Source: Octopus sinensis (lineage: Eukaryota). From it: a DNA stretch of 64,000 bases. Shown here one piece after another: positions 50,905-64,000 of this stretch. A program made the position numbers and the translations under genes. Numbering within the stretch: the first letter of the stretch is position 1; each line of letters begins with the position of its first letter. The stretch lies in the NCBI RefSeq assembly GCF_006345805.1, contig NC_043003.1:43834001-43898000 (forward strand), written 5' to 3'. The notes beneath the pieces were generated by a model. That model was not told the origin of the DNA, made no database searches, and saw only the letters and a program-made list of their open reading frames with translations.

Positions 50905-51260
50905 TGTTTACTATTTTACTTGATTCAGTCACTTGACTGTGGCCATACTGGAGCACCGCCTTTAATCGAACAAATTGACCCCGAGACTTATTTTTTGTAT
51001 GCCTAGTACTTATTCTGTTGATCTTTTTTGCCGAATCGCTAAGTTACGGGGACGTAAACACACCATCATCGGTTGTCAAATATATATATACATATATACG
51101 ACGGATTGTTTCAGTTTCCGTCTACCAAATCCACTCACAAGGCTTTGGTCGGCCCGAGTCTATAGTAGAATACACTTGCCCCAGGTGCCACGCAGTAGAC
51201 CTAAACTGGGAACCATGTGGTTGGTAAGCAACCTTCTTACCACACAGCCACTCGTACGCC
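50905..51260 (-). mobile_element. Family A SINE
   Basis: Colinear with 9320-9723 (GGCCATACTGGAGCACCGCCTTTA, CCGAATCGCTAAGTTACGGGGACG, CAGTTTCCGTCTACCAAATCCACTCACAAGG). Confidence 0.9.
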
Positions 51261-52423
51261 TATATGTGTATATATGTGTGTATAAGTGCGCGTGTGTGTA
51301 TATGTGTGTTGTTGAGTTTAATATTTGCAGAATATGGCCATGGAAGAAAAAAAAACCATGCCACGCCATTCATCCTTATACCTGACAACACCTTACTATC
51401 AGATAAGACTATTAAAATATTATTTTCCAGTTCATCATATTTGTTTCAACACTCAATGATGTGACAACGTAATGATTACTTTCTTACTTAGGAAGAGAAC
51501 AACATATCTGGTTGAAATCTAAGTACTTTAAATGCATATCTTTTCATTGATAAAGATGTATGAAACACGAATATTTGTTTCTCGATTAAATTTGAATAAC
51601 AGTAATATAACACAGCACTGCGAAGCATTTTCTCACTCTCAAAACGGCTTTGCGAATCCACTGACAGGGTCATGATATATGACACTATGAAATCGAAAGT
51701 ATTCATATTACTATCATATATATTATCATTCAAAACAATACAAGAGAAACAAATACAAATAAAATCGAAATATGGCGTTCGGTTAGCATGACCACCACCA
51801 ACATCTGGTCGAGCTTGCCCGGAGATTTTTAAACCGCACGCGCAAGGCATCTCCGTCCTGCGTTAGTTGGAGGAGGATTTCTGAGAGGTATCCAGTGTCT
51901 CTTGTTTGTTGATTAACATAAATTTTGTTCTGACGACTTCTTCGAATACGGCCATGCTTTGGCATCTATAAGCAGACCCGGGAAAAAACACGGGCTGCTC
52001 TTTGGCAAGGCATAGCATCCGTTAGCAAACCTGCTAGGGTCTCTCTGAAATTCTGAAGCCGTGTAAATACCGGAGATGTCTATCATTGGAAAGCTGGATG
52101 GTAGTAAGGAATGAAATGGTAGACTTAAAAAATACTTTGTCTTTGGATTTCTCTTCACATTGCTGAATTTATGAATCTTCGTCGGGGAAACGCATCAGTT
52201 TCACTGGCATTAAAATCATCTATAAAACTTGCTAAAATAGACGAAAAATTAGCAATCGAACGGCACTCTAAGCCATGTAGTAACCTCAGAAATTCGCTTA
52301 GCATGATATGCACAAATATGACTAATACTTTCTATCTTGTGGTGGAAACATAGACAAAAATTATTTATTCAGGGTCCGTGTAACGATAGAAACTTTATTA
52401 AATTTCATTATTTTTGTATAAAA

Positions 52424-53270
52424 CGGCGAGCTGGGATTATCGTTGCTACGCAGAACAAAATTCTATATGGCTTTTCGCCCTCCTTTAAGACCTGTCTTCA
52501 TTACTTCGGGGTCGATAAAATCAAAACCAGTCATATACTAGGATCCATGTTATTAACTAAGTCCCTACGCTAAAATTTTAGTCAGTGTGTCTATATTAGA
52601 AAGGATTATTACTATTATACGTCGGGTGGCGTGCTGGCAGAACTATTAGTTAGCTTGGCAAAAGACTTGGCGGCATTTCGTCTGTCTGTATTTTCTGATT
52701 TCAAATTCCACCGATTTTGACTTTTCCTTTGATCCTTTCGAGTGGATTAAGTAAATACCATTTGGCATGGGTTGGCATCATCGACTAGACATCTCCCACA
52801 ATTTACAGCCCTTGTACCTATGATAGAAAAAAATATGGTTTCAAATTTTGGCACTAGGCCAGCTATTTCGGGGGAGGGTAGAATTCGATTACATCGATCT
52901 TAGTCAATAATTGATACTAATTTTAAATGCATTGAAAATAGAAAAGAATAAGTGATCATGGTGGTATTTCAAGTCAGAACGCAACGTTTGGAAGAAATGC
53001 CGCTAAGCACATTGTCTCAGGCCGTAAATTTCTGCCAGCTCAAAGCTCTAGCAAAATAAAATTATTACTACTCTATTTTAGGTTCCAGCTGGCGTAACCG
53101 TTCACACGTCGATAAAAAGGATGAGCAGATTTTCGTCAGTTATTACGTTCTGAGTACAAATTCCACCAAGGTCGGCTCTATTTTCGATCCTTTCATGGTC
53201 GATAAAATAAGTACAAGTTGAGCAATGGGGTCGTTGTGATACGCTAGCCTTGCAAAATTTCTCTTGCTTG
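52424..53270. mobile_element. Cluster of four diverged family B SINEs (+,+,-,+)
   Basis: Heads GGCGAGCTGG (52425), GCGTGCTGGCAGAA (52630), reverse TTCTGCCAGCTC (~53030) and CAGCTGGCGTAA (~53087), each with GTCGATAAAA or CAAATTCCACC core motifs. Confidence 0.7.
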
Positions 53271-56200
53271 TTGTGCTTGTTGTAGAAAGCATTGCTACTA
53301 TTTGTTTTCTAGAAAATGGCATGCTTGAAACTTTAGAAATCTAGGTTTCGTTAACGAACTAGGGATAACAGTTACATAATTTCATATTTTCGTAAATATG
53401 TGTTTGAATTTACTTCAAAGAAATCCTTTCAACATGTAGCTTTTTTAACAACTATATCGTCATAGATAGAAAAATGTTAGCTTCGATCCGGTACTAAGAA
53501 ACGTCCAAAATAATGTTTTGATATGACACCTAATGTATTCCAGGACAATATATTCGGTGAGTGATGAGGAATGTATTTGGAATGAGAATTAGAACCAATA
53601 TCAGAGAAAGTACACCAAAAGATTATCTTTTGTACCACTCCTCTCGAGAGCTAGGAAAGAATATTACTAGCAATATTTGGAGAGTAATCAACATTAGCGA
53701 TTAACGTTACGTATAGTTGAAGTATATGATATAGTTTCACTATACTATCGGAAAATGTTTCGTGAAACTGCTTTGATCTCAAATATTATTTACATGTAAG
53801 AGAATTATACAAGAATCAAATGAAAATAGTAAGAGACTAACGGTCAATAAATAAATAAATGTGCAAAGCCCATTAATTGAATACGTGATATTACGGGTAT
53901 TGAGAAATTTGTACACTCTCCGACGCCCTTTCTTCGGATAAATGGGACATGTAGAGATTGCATGATATATAGTCAATACTCAAACATATTCTTTATTCTT
54001 TAGAGGAAAACGACATCCTATCCCAAATCTCGTAAGTGGTATCCACACACAGCACGCAAATGCATCTTATTTTATCGAATTGTTGTTTTCTCCAAAATAA
54101 TTGACTACCAATGAACGCATACCAAACGCGACCATTAGGCCTTTTAGAATGGACTACATTATCTAATGCATCATTTCCTTTTTATATAGAATGATAATAG
54201 TGTGTATTTTGTGCAAAGTTTGTTTGTATTTGACAATAGGTCTAGCAACTAAGGGGTTGGATTCCTCCTTAGTTGGCTTTCTAATAGTTATCGGCAGTAG
54301 TGAAAATGCATTAATGAAATATGTAAAGTGTGGTACTCAGCCTCTGCTGAGTATCATGGTGGTTTCGTTACAATTGCAGGTTATAAGAATCAACTCTTAT
54401 GTTGCTTCTTTAGAATGAAATGTAACATCTATATGCCTATTGTCTCATCCCTATACATTTGAGACGCGAATAAAATCACATGTAACAGAACTATATATTT
54501 TCACTACAAAATTGCTTTCCCAAATTTTCAAACTTAACGCATTTTGCTAAGTTGTATTTAGTTCATCACAAAATGAACGACAATATAAATAAATAATAAT
54601 ACAAAATATAGAATTTTTGGAGAACATTTTGCACTCTCAAAATCCACTCGAGTTAAGTTATTATTCATACTATTTAACTGTATATGATTAGAAGGAGTGA
54701 TGAAAACCTACATCAGCTTTGTTAGATGTGACTTATGGACATAATTATATTCATAAATATTATGTCTGGCTAAAACTGTCCATTGGGAGAAAATACAAAA
54801 TTCGTAATTATTTGGTATGAGCAATTTGTATCATGTAAAAATATAATAATAAAAAAGAAACTAATTCATAAAAGAAAATATAAATAACATCTATTCAAGC
54901 AGTATCATTTTAATAATTATACACATAAATTTATATTGTACATTGTGAAAATGACAACTATTATTATATATGGATATTATGAATCATGATAAAATATTTC
55001 ACATGAATGTGTTCATGTTCTCTAAGAGAAATATGCTATAATCGTTTGTTACAAAAAGAATACAGTTCTGAGATTAAATAAGCGAAATAAAAATACTTAA
55101 TGCTCCTGTTACGAACCATGTCACATTACATAACTACCGTTAGATGCCGAAGATGGATGTTAACTTTAGCACTAGATGGAATAGATCTATGATACAAGTG
55201 TTTGTATCAGCAGCACCGTCAAGTATAAGCAAACAATATGCAGTTATGAAATATATACAAAGTTTGTAAATATAAGCAACGCTCATAAGCATGTTCTTGC
55301 TCTTCTATAACAATCAATCAGTATTTATCAGATCAGAACCTTTAGTGTTGCAACATATCTTAGGATATGAATTCTATGATTTGTTCGGTAAAATACGAGA
55401 GGGAAGGTGTGAGATTTGGAGAGATAGATACAGAGCAATTGATGAGCAGTCTTGGATGCAGATGGGAGCCATCTCAGCAAAAGGATGGAGAGGAGGTATA
55501 CTTTCAGAGTCGTGATGCCCATAGCGTTTCTACAGATCTATAAATAGATAAAACTATTTATTTAGTATATTATTTCTAATGTATAAAATCTATCTACTTT
55601 TCCGCCGATATAATTCCCCTTTACTTTCACAGATCCAGTCTTAGTAACTGTATGAAATAACTGACAAAAATCATTGATATTACTTGCTCAAATACTTTTG
55701 ACGTTTTGTCTTCTACATCTTTACAAAGTATATGTTGCTTGGTGTCTCCAGTTAAACCGTTGCAACCTTTGCCGTATCTAATTATCTGTCGAAGATCGAA
55801 TTTGTTACAGCATATATAAATAATACATTTCATATAAGTGTCAACACTCTGCTAATTAGAATACAAAATTGTCGTTGACTTTCGCATCCATAGTCACATG
55901 GACACGTAATATGATAAAGTCGACATTTGTATTGTATCAATGCCTACTCCAGGCTACAAGAGAAATTAAGCCTAAATTTGATTCGTTTTGTTAAACTCAT
56001 TTAGTGAAAGGAGAATATAGGTGGTACATTTTGAACTTATATAGCTTGATATACTCTCTATCAATTACATTAACTAATTTGATGTGCTTGAATCAGAGAC
56101 GTAGAAAGGCGCCGAAGAAGCTAAGGATTTAGATATATTTTTAAACACACGTGCACATCACAAACACACACACACATACAGCACACACACACACAGATAT

Positions 56201-58346
56201 ATGAAAGTGCATGTGAGTAGAAAGCAGATACGTATGTGTGTATACATGCATATATCCATTTATCTGTACGCATACACGCACACATGCGAACACTCACACA
56301 CAAACACACACAAACGCACTCACACAAATATATATGTACAATGAATTGAAAAGACTTGATATATGCACTTGATAAATTCTGTTAAAATGTATAAAATTGG
56401 CATAATTTACATTCGGCCGACTATAAAATGTCTTTCCTATAACTAATAGCAAATACTGTCTTCACAGATATATATATATTCATTCAAATAAACACGACAT
56501 CTCTTACGCATTGCTTGATACTATTACATACAACAGTACCTTTACTTCAGTGTTACGTCTCTTATGCTAATTCTGTGCATCTGTTCGATTTATCATCAAG
56601 ATACAACTTTTATTGAAAGGGAATTATAATTCAAGATGTAATAAAATTCCACGTTATCCAGCTGCTTAGGATGTTATTTCTCATATTTTTTTCCTTACGC
56701 TTAAACATTACCTTAAAATGAGATACTATTTTCTGTTCAGCTTCTGGTTTCCAGAGTAGGTAGTAAAATCCTATACTATATACCATCTCATTATGCAGAC
56801 TTCCAATGTAAAGACTAACCTTTTTTTTAAATTCTGGGAGAAATAAGCGTATATTGTAGGCAGATATTCGTATTTACATGATAGTGATGAAAAGAATCAC
56901 ACATCTTGCATGATATTAATCCAGATACACAAGGGAAACATTTATCTACTATGCATGATTTACTGTGTATTTCTATTGTCGCCTTGCAGGGGATAATACA
57001 TTTAAAAGTCGTACACATATCTACTCTTTGAATTTAAGATCACTGGACATATACATGCCTATGACAAGGGATTATAGGAACATAAATTCCTTGTAAACTT
57101 ATACCAATAGTAATGCACAATACTTCAGTTCAACAAACATAATTTAATGCTCGATCAGATGTTTACTTTCTTTTCAAATTTTTGTTTCCCTTTCGTTAAT
57201 ATACTGTTGATATTTGAAGAAATTCTTTCTTCATACGTTAAAGCCTGCTTTTTCAACAAGCACACCTGTTTGTTCTGTATTATATCATCAATAAATAACA
57301 GGCTACGTCTATTTCTTAAATAAATGAAGACTATAATAAATATCAATGCTTTTAGAGTCAAGATCTACTGACATGCAGGGAAAAATTATTGTGAAATATA
57401 AAAGAAACTGTATCCGAACACAAAGCAGCTGTGTTTTGGAATATAATTAATATTTATGTGGCATACAAACTTTTTCTAATAAAAATGCAGGCAATGTCTT
57501 TGAAATAATCGGTTTTTGCGTGCGCGCGTTTGTGTGTCTTTCTGTGTCATATTTCATTACATCATTTTCACACAAACATGTAGTCGAGTACTACAACAAT
57601 GTCGTAAATATGTATTTTCACTGTTTCTCTGAAAAGCATATGCAGCAAAACTCAAGTTAAACCAGATGACAAATAATGCTCAACAGCATCATATATCAAT
57701 TTCAACACATGTCATCTCATTTGTTATTCCTGCCACCGCTAAATCATTTCATCTACAGACCATGTCTACATACGATAGAGCATTGAGAAACTATAAATAT
57801 GAAGTGAAGGTTCTATAAAAAAGCTTTCTGCGTAAGGTTACACAATGTTTATCATTCACAAAATATACAAAATATTCGGTAGCCTATAAAAGAAGGTCAA
57901 AATTTCATATTCTGAATAATACAGTCTTGTTCAACTGACCGTACTTTTTGTATTTTTTTATTCACATGACGAAGTAGTCGTGAGCAGGCATATATAATTT
58001 CTCTGCACTCTCACACTTCAAATGTAGAACATTCAAGATGTAACAGCTAGACGGAGCACGTGTTGCACGAACTCTCATTTACTTTTTACTAGATTTAGGT
58101 ATTACGCTGTGGTCATGCTGGAGCAATGTATTGAAGAATTTTACTGGAACGAATCGCCCCCAACAATTGTATAGTCTTTAATCATGTACTCCTTCCATCA
58201 ATCACATTTAATGGATTTCTAATTTACGGGGAATTAAACACAGCAGCACCGGTTGTGAGGCTGTGCTTCAGGACACGAACCACAAAGACACACACTCAAA
58301 CACATATGTGTGTCTTTATTTATGTACATATTTGTATGTATATACA

Positions 58347-58675
58347 TAGAAGTGGTTGTGTGGTAAGAAGCTTGCTTTCCTACCATATAGTTCTGGGTTC
58401 AGTTCCACTGAGTGTTGCCTTCTCAGTGGTTTTGTTACACGGAAACTGAAAGAAGTCCGTCGTATATGTGTGTGTGTGAGTGCGCGCAAGTGTGTGCATG
58501 TGCACGCGCGTGTGTGTTTGTCCCTTGGCCTGTATTTGGCAACCGATGGCCGTTGGAATAAGTGCAAGGATTACAAAGAATAAATCCTGCGGTCGATTTC
58601 TTAGACTAAAAATCCAGTGAAGGTGGTGTTCCAACTTGGCCGCAATCAAATGACTATAACAGCTAAAGAATAAAA
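58347..58675 (+). mobile_element. Family A SINE inserted antisense into the older SINE's microsatellite
   Basis: AGTGGTTGTGTGGTAAGAAGCTTGCTT head, GGAAACTGAAAGAAGTCCGTCG core, TTGGCCGCAATCAAATGACT tail; possible TSD TATATACATA. Confidence 0.85.
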
Positions 58676-58705
58676 ATATATACATATATAATTATCACGG
58701 GCTTC

Positions 58706-59473
58706 GGGTCTTTGCGGTTATCGCCAATGCAAATAATAAACTTTAAAGAAAATTTTAACGTATCATATCGATGTAATTTTTGACGCTGAATCCGAATTTG
58801 TTATACATTTATTCGAGAATAGTTTTGCGAAAATGTTACACGTGTTCAAAGTTTGATCATTTTCAGAACTGTTAACCAATGAGAAAACAGCGCGTTCATT
58901 GCATTTCCATCATCTTTCACAGTAACGACAAAATGAGGGCGGCGGCATGTCAAAACATTAAACTAGCTACAGTAAACAGTGAACAACACTAAAATATTTG
59001 GGAGCAAATAAAGTATTTAAAAGCTACGAGCAAACCTACATGAGTTGCTAGAAATAACAGTCAAAAACATTGCTTAAAGCAGTTAAAAAAAATTCATGAA
59101 CGAAAGTTTGCAATACGCTATCGAATTCCTACTGTTGTGAAAACAAACAACTATACAACATGTGGTGGTTACACTGCCTCCGCGCGTGCACACCATCCCT
59201 GGTTACTATGGAAACATAGTTCGTGGCAATCAGCTATAGAAAATGTGGTGCTTATTTGCTTAGAGAATTTCAGGGTGATGTGTGAAACGTTCGCCTCTGA
59301 TTGGCTAAAATACCCAAATTTTGCAATTGTTTAAAGGCTATTAACTTGTTTATAAGGAGTTTATACCAAAAATGAGTTTCCTTTTCATAATTAGTATACA
59401 AAAATTAATCCATAAATAAAATTTTTAAAAAGTTGGAACAAAATTGTTGACAGTAACGAAAACCACAAAGATC
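58706..59473. mobile_element. Non-autonomous DNA transposon with ~23-bp imperfect TIRs and 8-9-bp TSD
   Basis: Left GGGTCTTTGCGGTTATCGCCAATG vs right CAGTAACGAAAACCACAAAGATC; flanking direct repeat ACGGGCTTC at 58697-58705 and 59474-59482. Confidence 0.78.
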
Positions 59474-60303
59474 ACGGGCTTCTTTAAGTCTCTATTTATG
59501 AAATCTATTCACAATTAGTTGAACTGCTCAACGCTCTAATAAAAACCCTTAGTCAAGGTGTTCGGAAATCAATCTTCTCACCACGCAACTGTTTAGATTG
59601 CAACAAACTAAAAGGAACTGGATTCCTCAAAGACAAATGACTTCCCTCGACGTACTAACCACAATGTTACACGCCTGTCTGGTTAATGCTAATATTTCAA
59701 ATACGAGTGTCGTGTGTAGAATTAGATCATTCAAGCAACGAAAATAGAAAAGGAAATTTAGAAATTTATATTATAATCATTTTCGAAAACATATTCTTTC
59801 ATTAATTGATGACATGATTCATGAAGCGTCGGTAAAGTATCAATTTATAGATTCTTATATGCTTTTCCTTGCAAATTATATTGTGTTTATTAAACTGATA
59901 TAATTACCATAAACTCGATGAATGTGTGGAAAAATATCAAGCAAACATGCAGCGATTCAAAAATAACTTATAGTTCCAATTAACGAATAAATACAGTTGA
60001 AATCGAAAGGATGGCCTGATACTTTTGTGTGAGTCGATGAATAGTTCGGGAAATTTGACTAAACAAAGCAAAGAAATTATTATAAATTGATGTGTCGTTA
60101 AAAGAGGGATATCTCTCGCGCGGTTTCTCCTAGAATGTCCTTCCAATCCCTGCAATTGAATGTATTTTCCCGACTGACATTAATGAATGTAATTCACAAC
60201 AGTTTCGTCCCTTCAGATTCTTTGTGAAACGCATTGATATAAGGCTGTTCTATTACTAATTATTTTTTGTCACAAGAACATACACCCTCAATGTCATCAT
60301 CCA

Positions 60304-60304
60304 G

Positions 60305-60339
<35 letters not shown>

Positions 60340-60365
60340 TACTACTACTACTACTACTACTACTA
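60304..60365. repeat. (TAC)n trinucleotide array with decayed CAC/CAA continuation
   Basis: Direct reading. Confidence 0.93.
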
Positions 60366-61436
60366 CGGCAATTACCTCCGTCGTCAACTACGCCGATGTA
60401 GACAATACTATCACCGACTACCACTATTAACACGGCAATCAACACCATAGATGGCCGTCTTCCCCACCACCAATGCTGCCAACATACAACCAGGGTTCAC
60501 AACCGCCACCATCACCAAACATGACCACTATGGCACCAACCACACGAACTACACCAACATCTGGAGAGCTGCTGCTCTGCTAACTCAAATAACGGACTAT
60601 CCAAAATAGCATACACATTTCTTTGACTATATTGTTCTGAAAATAATCATTTGCACTCGAAGTCTAAAGGTTTTCAAATTGCGAAGTTTTCCTTATTTTT
60701 CATTTCATTCACAAAGATTAGAAAGTGATTTTGATCAAAGTTTTATTAATGGTTATACAAAATGATGCAATGAATATTAATTTTCAAAACAAAAATATAC
60801 TTTACTAGTATTCTTTTCTCTCGCCGTATGTGTGTTTGAAGCATTCATTTACTGATCTCTTGAAACCAGGCTTGGAAAGAGTATTCATTAGGCAACACTT
60901 ACCTAATCTCTTTCTTCTTATCTCTTTACTTTGTCTCTCTCTATTATTCTCTCTCCATATATACGAAGTAAAGTACTGCTAGAGAAATCAACAAGACCAA
61001 GTGTTTGCATGTGTTTTAGTCTGCTTATGTATGCATGTACGTATGCGTCTGTGTGTGCTGACACGAAGCAGGTCATTATCTTGGCTTCTCCATACTTTAA
61101 CTTTCACTCAACTCGAAGCAGTAGTAGATTACATTTGTACGGTATGCTAATTTACGGAATTTAGGTGAAGACAAAATGGTGGTGAAACTTAGTTCTAACG
61201 CAATAAACTAATTATTCAAAGATATTAGGGCAGGACTACGTAAGTCAATATATAATTCTGCTAGGCAGAATACACGTCCGCTGCTCAGTTCATGTTTAAT
61301 TTCTTTCTGGCATTTATTTATTTATTTTGTATCAGTCATTGAAATATTTCACCGCGCTCACATCACACCAATATTTGTAAAAGATAACACTATTGACCGT
61401 ATATAATAAATGAATGACGGAAATGCAATAAATTAA

Positions 61437-61510
<74 letters not shown>

Positions 61511-63079
61511 TGTGTGTGTGTGTGTGGTGTGTGTGTGTGTGGTGTGTGTGTATTGGTAAGTAATTAATGCATAATTCATAATTCACCTACTGATTAATAA
61601 TTCGTCGCAATCTCGCTCTTCTGAGATAAACGTTTCGCTTCTTTTTTGTTACCGGGTAATGATTAATTACATACTTATGATTAAAAGCCGTAATTATTAA
61701 CAACATCAACAAAAACAATTAGCGATATATTTCATTAATTAGTTCTTTCGCTTACGCTCACATGTCATTCATTAAGAATGCTATTACGTTTCCTGTTGTG
61801 TTTATATTTTCACTTTCTTTAATTAATATCTGGGAGTAAATAAACATTTCTATTCGAAAAAAAAAAAACCTACAAATGTTATAAACGAAACAAAATGCTT
61901 TTAAAGCCTACGTGAAAAACCAAATAAAGAAATATTTTCTAGAAATAACTTTTGATGCAAGAATAAGTAAATTAAATATTTTTTTAATTTTAATTAATAC
62001 TTCTTTTTCTCTATATTCTTATTCATTTAAATGTACGTTGTCAAATGTAGCATTTATATAATATAGTGAAATGTGTAACACCGGATGTAAAGAAAGGTCA
62101 ACTCCATTACGATTGGGTCGATACGAAGAGTAATCTTTCATCGTCGTTCTCAAAGCCTTCACTCTCTATTTTTCGTTTTCTCTCTCACTCTGTCTATCTA
62201 TCTTTATCCCTGTCTCATTTTATTTTTCTCCCTCTCTTGCGCTTATATACATAAACACATAGATATATATGCATACACACATATATAAAGGTAATTGGAA
62301 TATTTTAATTCCTTTGCATATAAAGATATATCTTACATTTCACTGACAACGTTTTTACTAATGAGTCTACGAGACAAATAATATTATATAGCAATTAATT
62401 GCGTATAAGAACATATTTAGTCACTCCGGAAACAACTTGACATGAGACACGTAATTTTATATTGTCGTATTTCTAAAGTTTATCGTTTCATGCTTAATCC
62501 CAAAGGTCGAGCAGTTTCATTCCGTGAGTTGCATGAAATGTAAAAATATTTCAATTTATAATGTTGAACTGGACAGATTTTTACTATCTATTCTATTAAA
62601 CTGCGAACCATACGTTCTTGTGCGCAAAAACAAAAAAAAGTAACTGCAATGTCTTGGAAAATGGTAATTGGTTGTTAACGATAAAGCGAGAGAGAAAGAG
62701 ATTGAAACGAACGCAGTTTGTTCGTTCACTCACATACATACATTCACTTATAAGTGTGTTATGGCAATACGCTCATACTCAAAAGCAGATAACAAGTGGA
62801 AGCGTGTATGAGAGAACATGGGAGTATATGTATATGCACACCATTATATTTTGTATGTGACTCCGTGCCAGTAGCGTTTGTTTGACTTTCATTCTCCCTG
62901 ACTTAATATCTGACGATTTAACGCATTTGTGTTAATGCTATTTATGAGTATTAAGATTTAACATCCAAATATTTCTTCTGTGATCAATAAATGCATTCCA
63001 AAATTAGCAAGATTCTTGATGTGAATACGTTTCTTGAAACAATTATTCTTGTGTGTAAGGACCTTAATTTTGTCTTATG

Positions 63080-63385
63080 TTTTACTTGTTTCAATCATTA
63101 GACTGTAGCTATGCTGCAGCATTGTCTGGAAGAACTCTTAGTCGAATGAATCGATCCTAATATTATTCTTTTAAGGGTAGTACTTATTTTATCAGCCAGT
63201 TTGGCGAACCGCTAAGTTACGTGAACGTAAACGTCCTAAAACCGGTAAGTGATGCTGGTAGGAGGATCCAACACAGACACAAAAATACACACTGAAAGAC
63301 ACATAGACGAACACACACCCAAAGAAACAAACGCATATAAGATGGGGTTCTTTCAGTTTCCTTCTAGCAAATTCACTCACAACGG
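63080..63385 (-). mobile_element. Family A SINE, partial
   Basis: TTACTTGTTTCAATCAT tail, GGCGAACCGCTAAGTTACG and GTTCTTTCAGTTTCC motifs; head missing. Confidence 0.78.
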
Positions 63386-63759
63386 GGAAGTGTATACATA
63401 AAAAAATTAAAGTAAACACACGCACTGATTCAGTACTACTTCTATATTTTATCATTTAACTATTCAGTCAATACATATTGAACAATGAACACACGTCATT
63501 GATAAGGTCACAAGTAGTGACAAAAGGACTCTGACAGTGAAAACTACACAAAAGAATTGAATAAGTAATTGGTGAACTGTAGCTATTGAACAAGTGTGTG
63601 TATGTTTATTTAAATTTTGATGCCATAATAACCCTCACTAGAAGCAACAAGATGTATTACGAAAATTATTCGTTAAATGTATTTAACGGAATTACGGAGA
63701 TGTACTTGCATAGCGAGTGACTTGATCGGAGATCGTGTGCTGGAGCGAAAACAATTGCC

Positions 63760-63934
63760 GCGTGGAAGGTGTTTATAAGCCTTTTAAGAAACACACAAAA
63801 CCGTTAGATTCACTTCAACATTTAAATTTAATTTGTCGAAGTATTTTCGTCGCTTTGACAGATTAAATTTAAATGTTGAAGTGAATTTAACGGTTTTGTG
63901 TGTTTCTTAAATGGCTTATAAATACCTTCCACGC
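63760..63934. repeat. 78-bp near-perfect palindrome (foldback element)
   Basis: 63760-63837 is the reverse complement of 63857-63934 with 4 differences; 19-nt centre. Confidence 0.92.
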
Positions 63935-64000
63935 TTCAAATATTTAACGGAATATTCTACAAATAAAACATCCTGGATGCTGATATCATAATATCAAGTT

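Larger units (their letters stand above)
58072..59595 (-). mobile_element. Old family A SINE split by two later insertions (pieces 58072-58346, 58676-58705, 59474-59595)
   Basis: Tail half (GGTCATGCTGGAGCA...TTACGGGG...CCGGTTGT) lies left of the insertions; core and head half (ACGGGCTTCTTTAAG...CAAGGTG...CCACGCAAC) lies right. Confidence 0.65.

Noticed and set aside
53544-53556. Possible 13-nt plus-strand microexon (TTCCAG|GACAATATATTCG|GTGAGT)
   Set aside because: Weak pyrimidine tract, putative branch point too close to the AG, and frame-shifting length.

Overview
AT-rich, repeat-dense eukaryotic DNA that looks intronic or intergenic. The SINE/LINE repertoire and very long (TA)n, (CA)n and (TATC)n microsatellites point to a coleoid cephalopod, most likely an Octopus species; this is inferred from repeat families, not a database match. 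I recognise no intact host protein-coding gene, rRNA, tRNA gene or CRISPR array. Almost all ORFs in the supplied track are microsatellite artefacts or decayed transposon fragments. Recognisable content: an RTE LINE fragment with a PHD-like finger, four R4/Dong-like (restriction-like endonuclease) LINE fragments, a CR1-like 3' end, mariner and Tc1 relics, several MITE-like inverted repeats, Helitron/DINE-like ends, and about 20 copies of at least four tRNA-derived SINE families. The strongest signal is a set of hammerhead ribozyme (HHR) motifs. A ~125-bp near-perfect inverted repeat at 47171-47683 carries a complete type I hammerhead on each strand (intact CUGAUGA/GAAA core, palindromic stem III, unusually long stem II) around a decayed Penelope-like endonuclease end. 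Two minimal hammerheads of a second family lie at 7655-7689 and 29765-29798. A second theme is stacking of microsatellite-targeted retroelements and non-coding riders in (AAT)n and (TATG)n arrays. Coordinates were read by eye and repeat boundaries are approximate.
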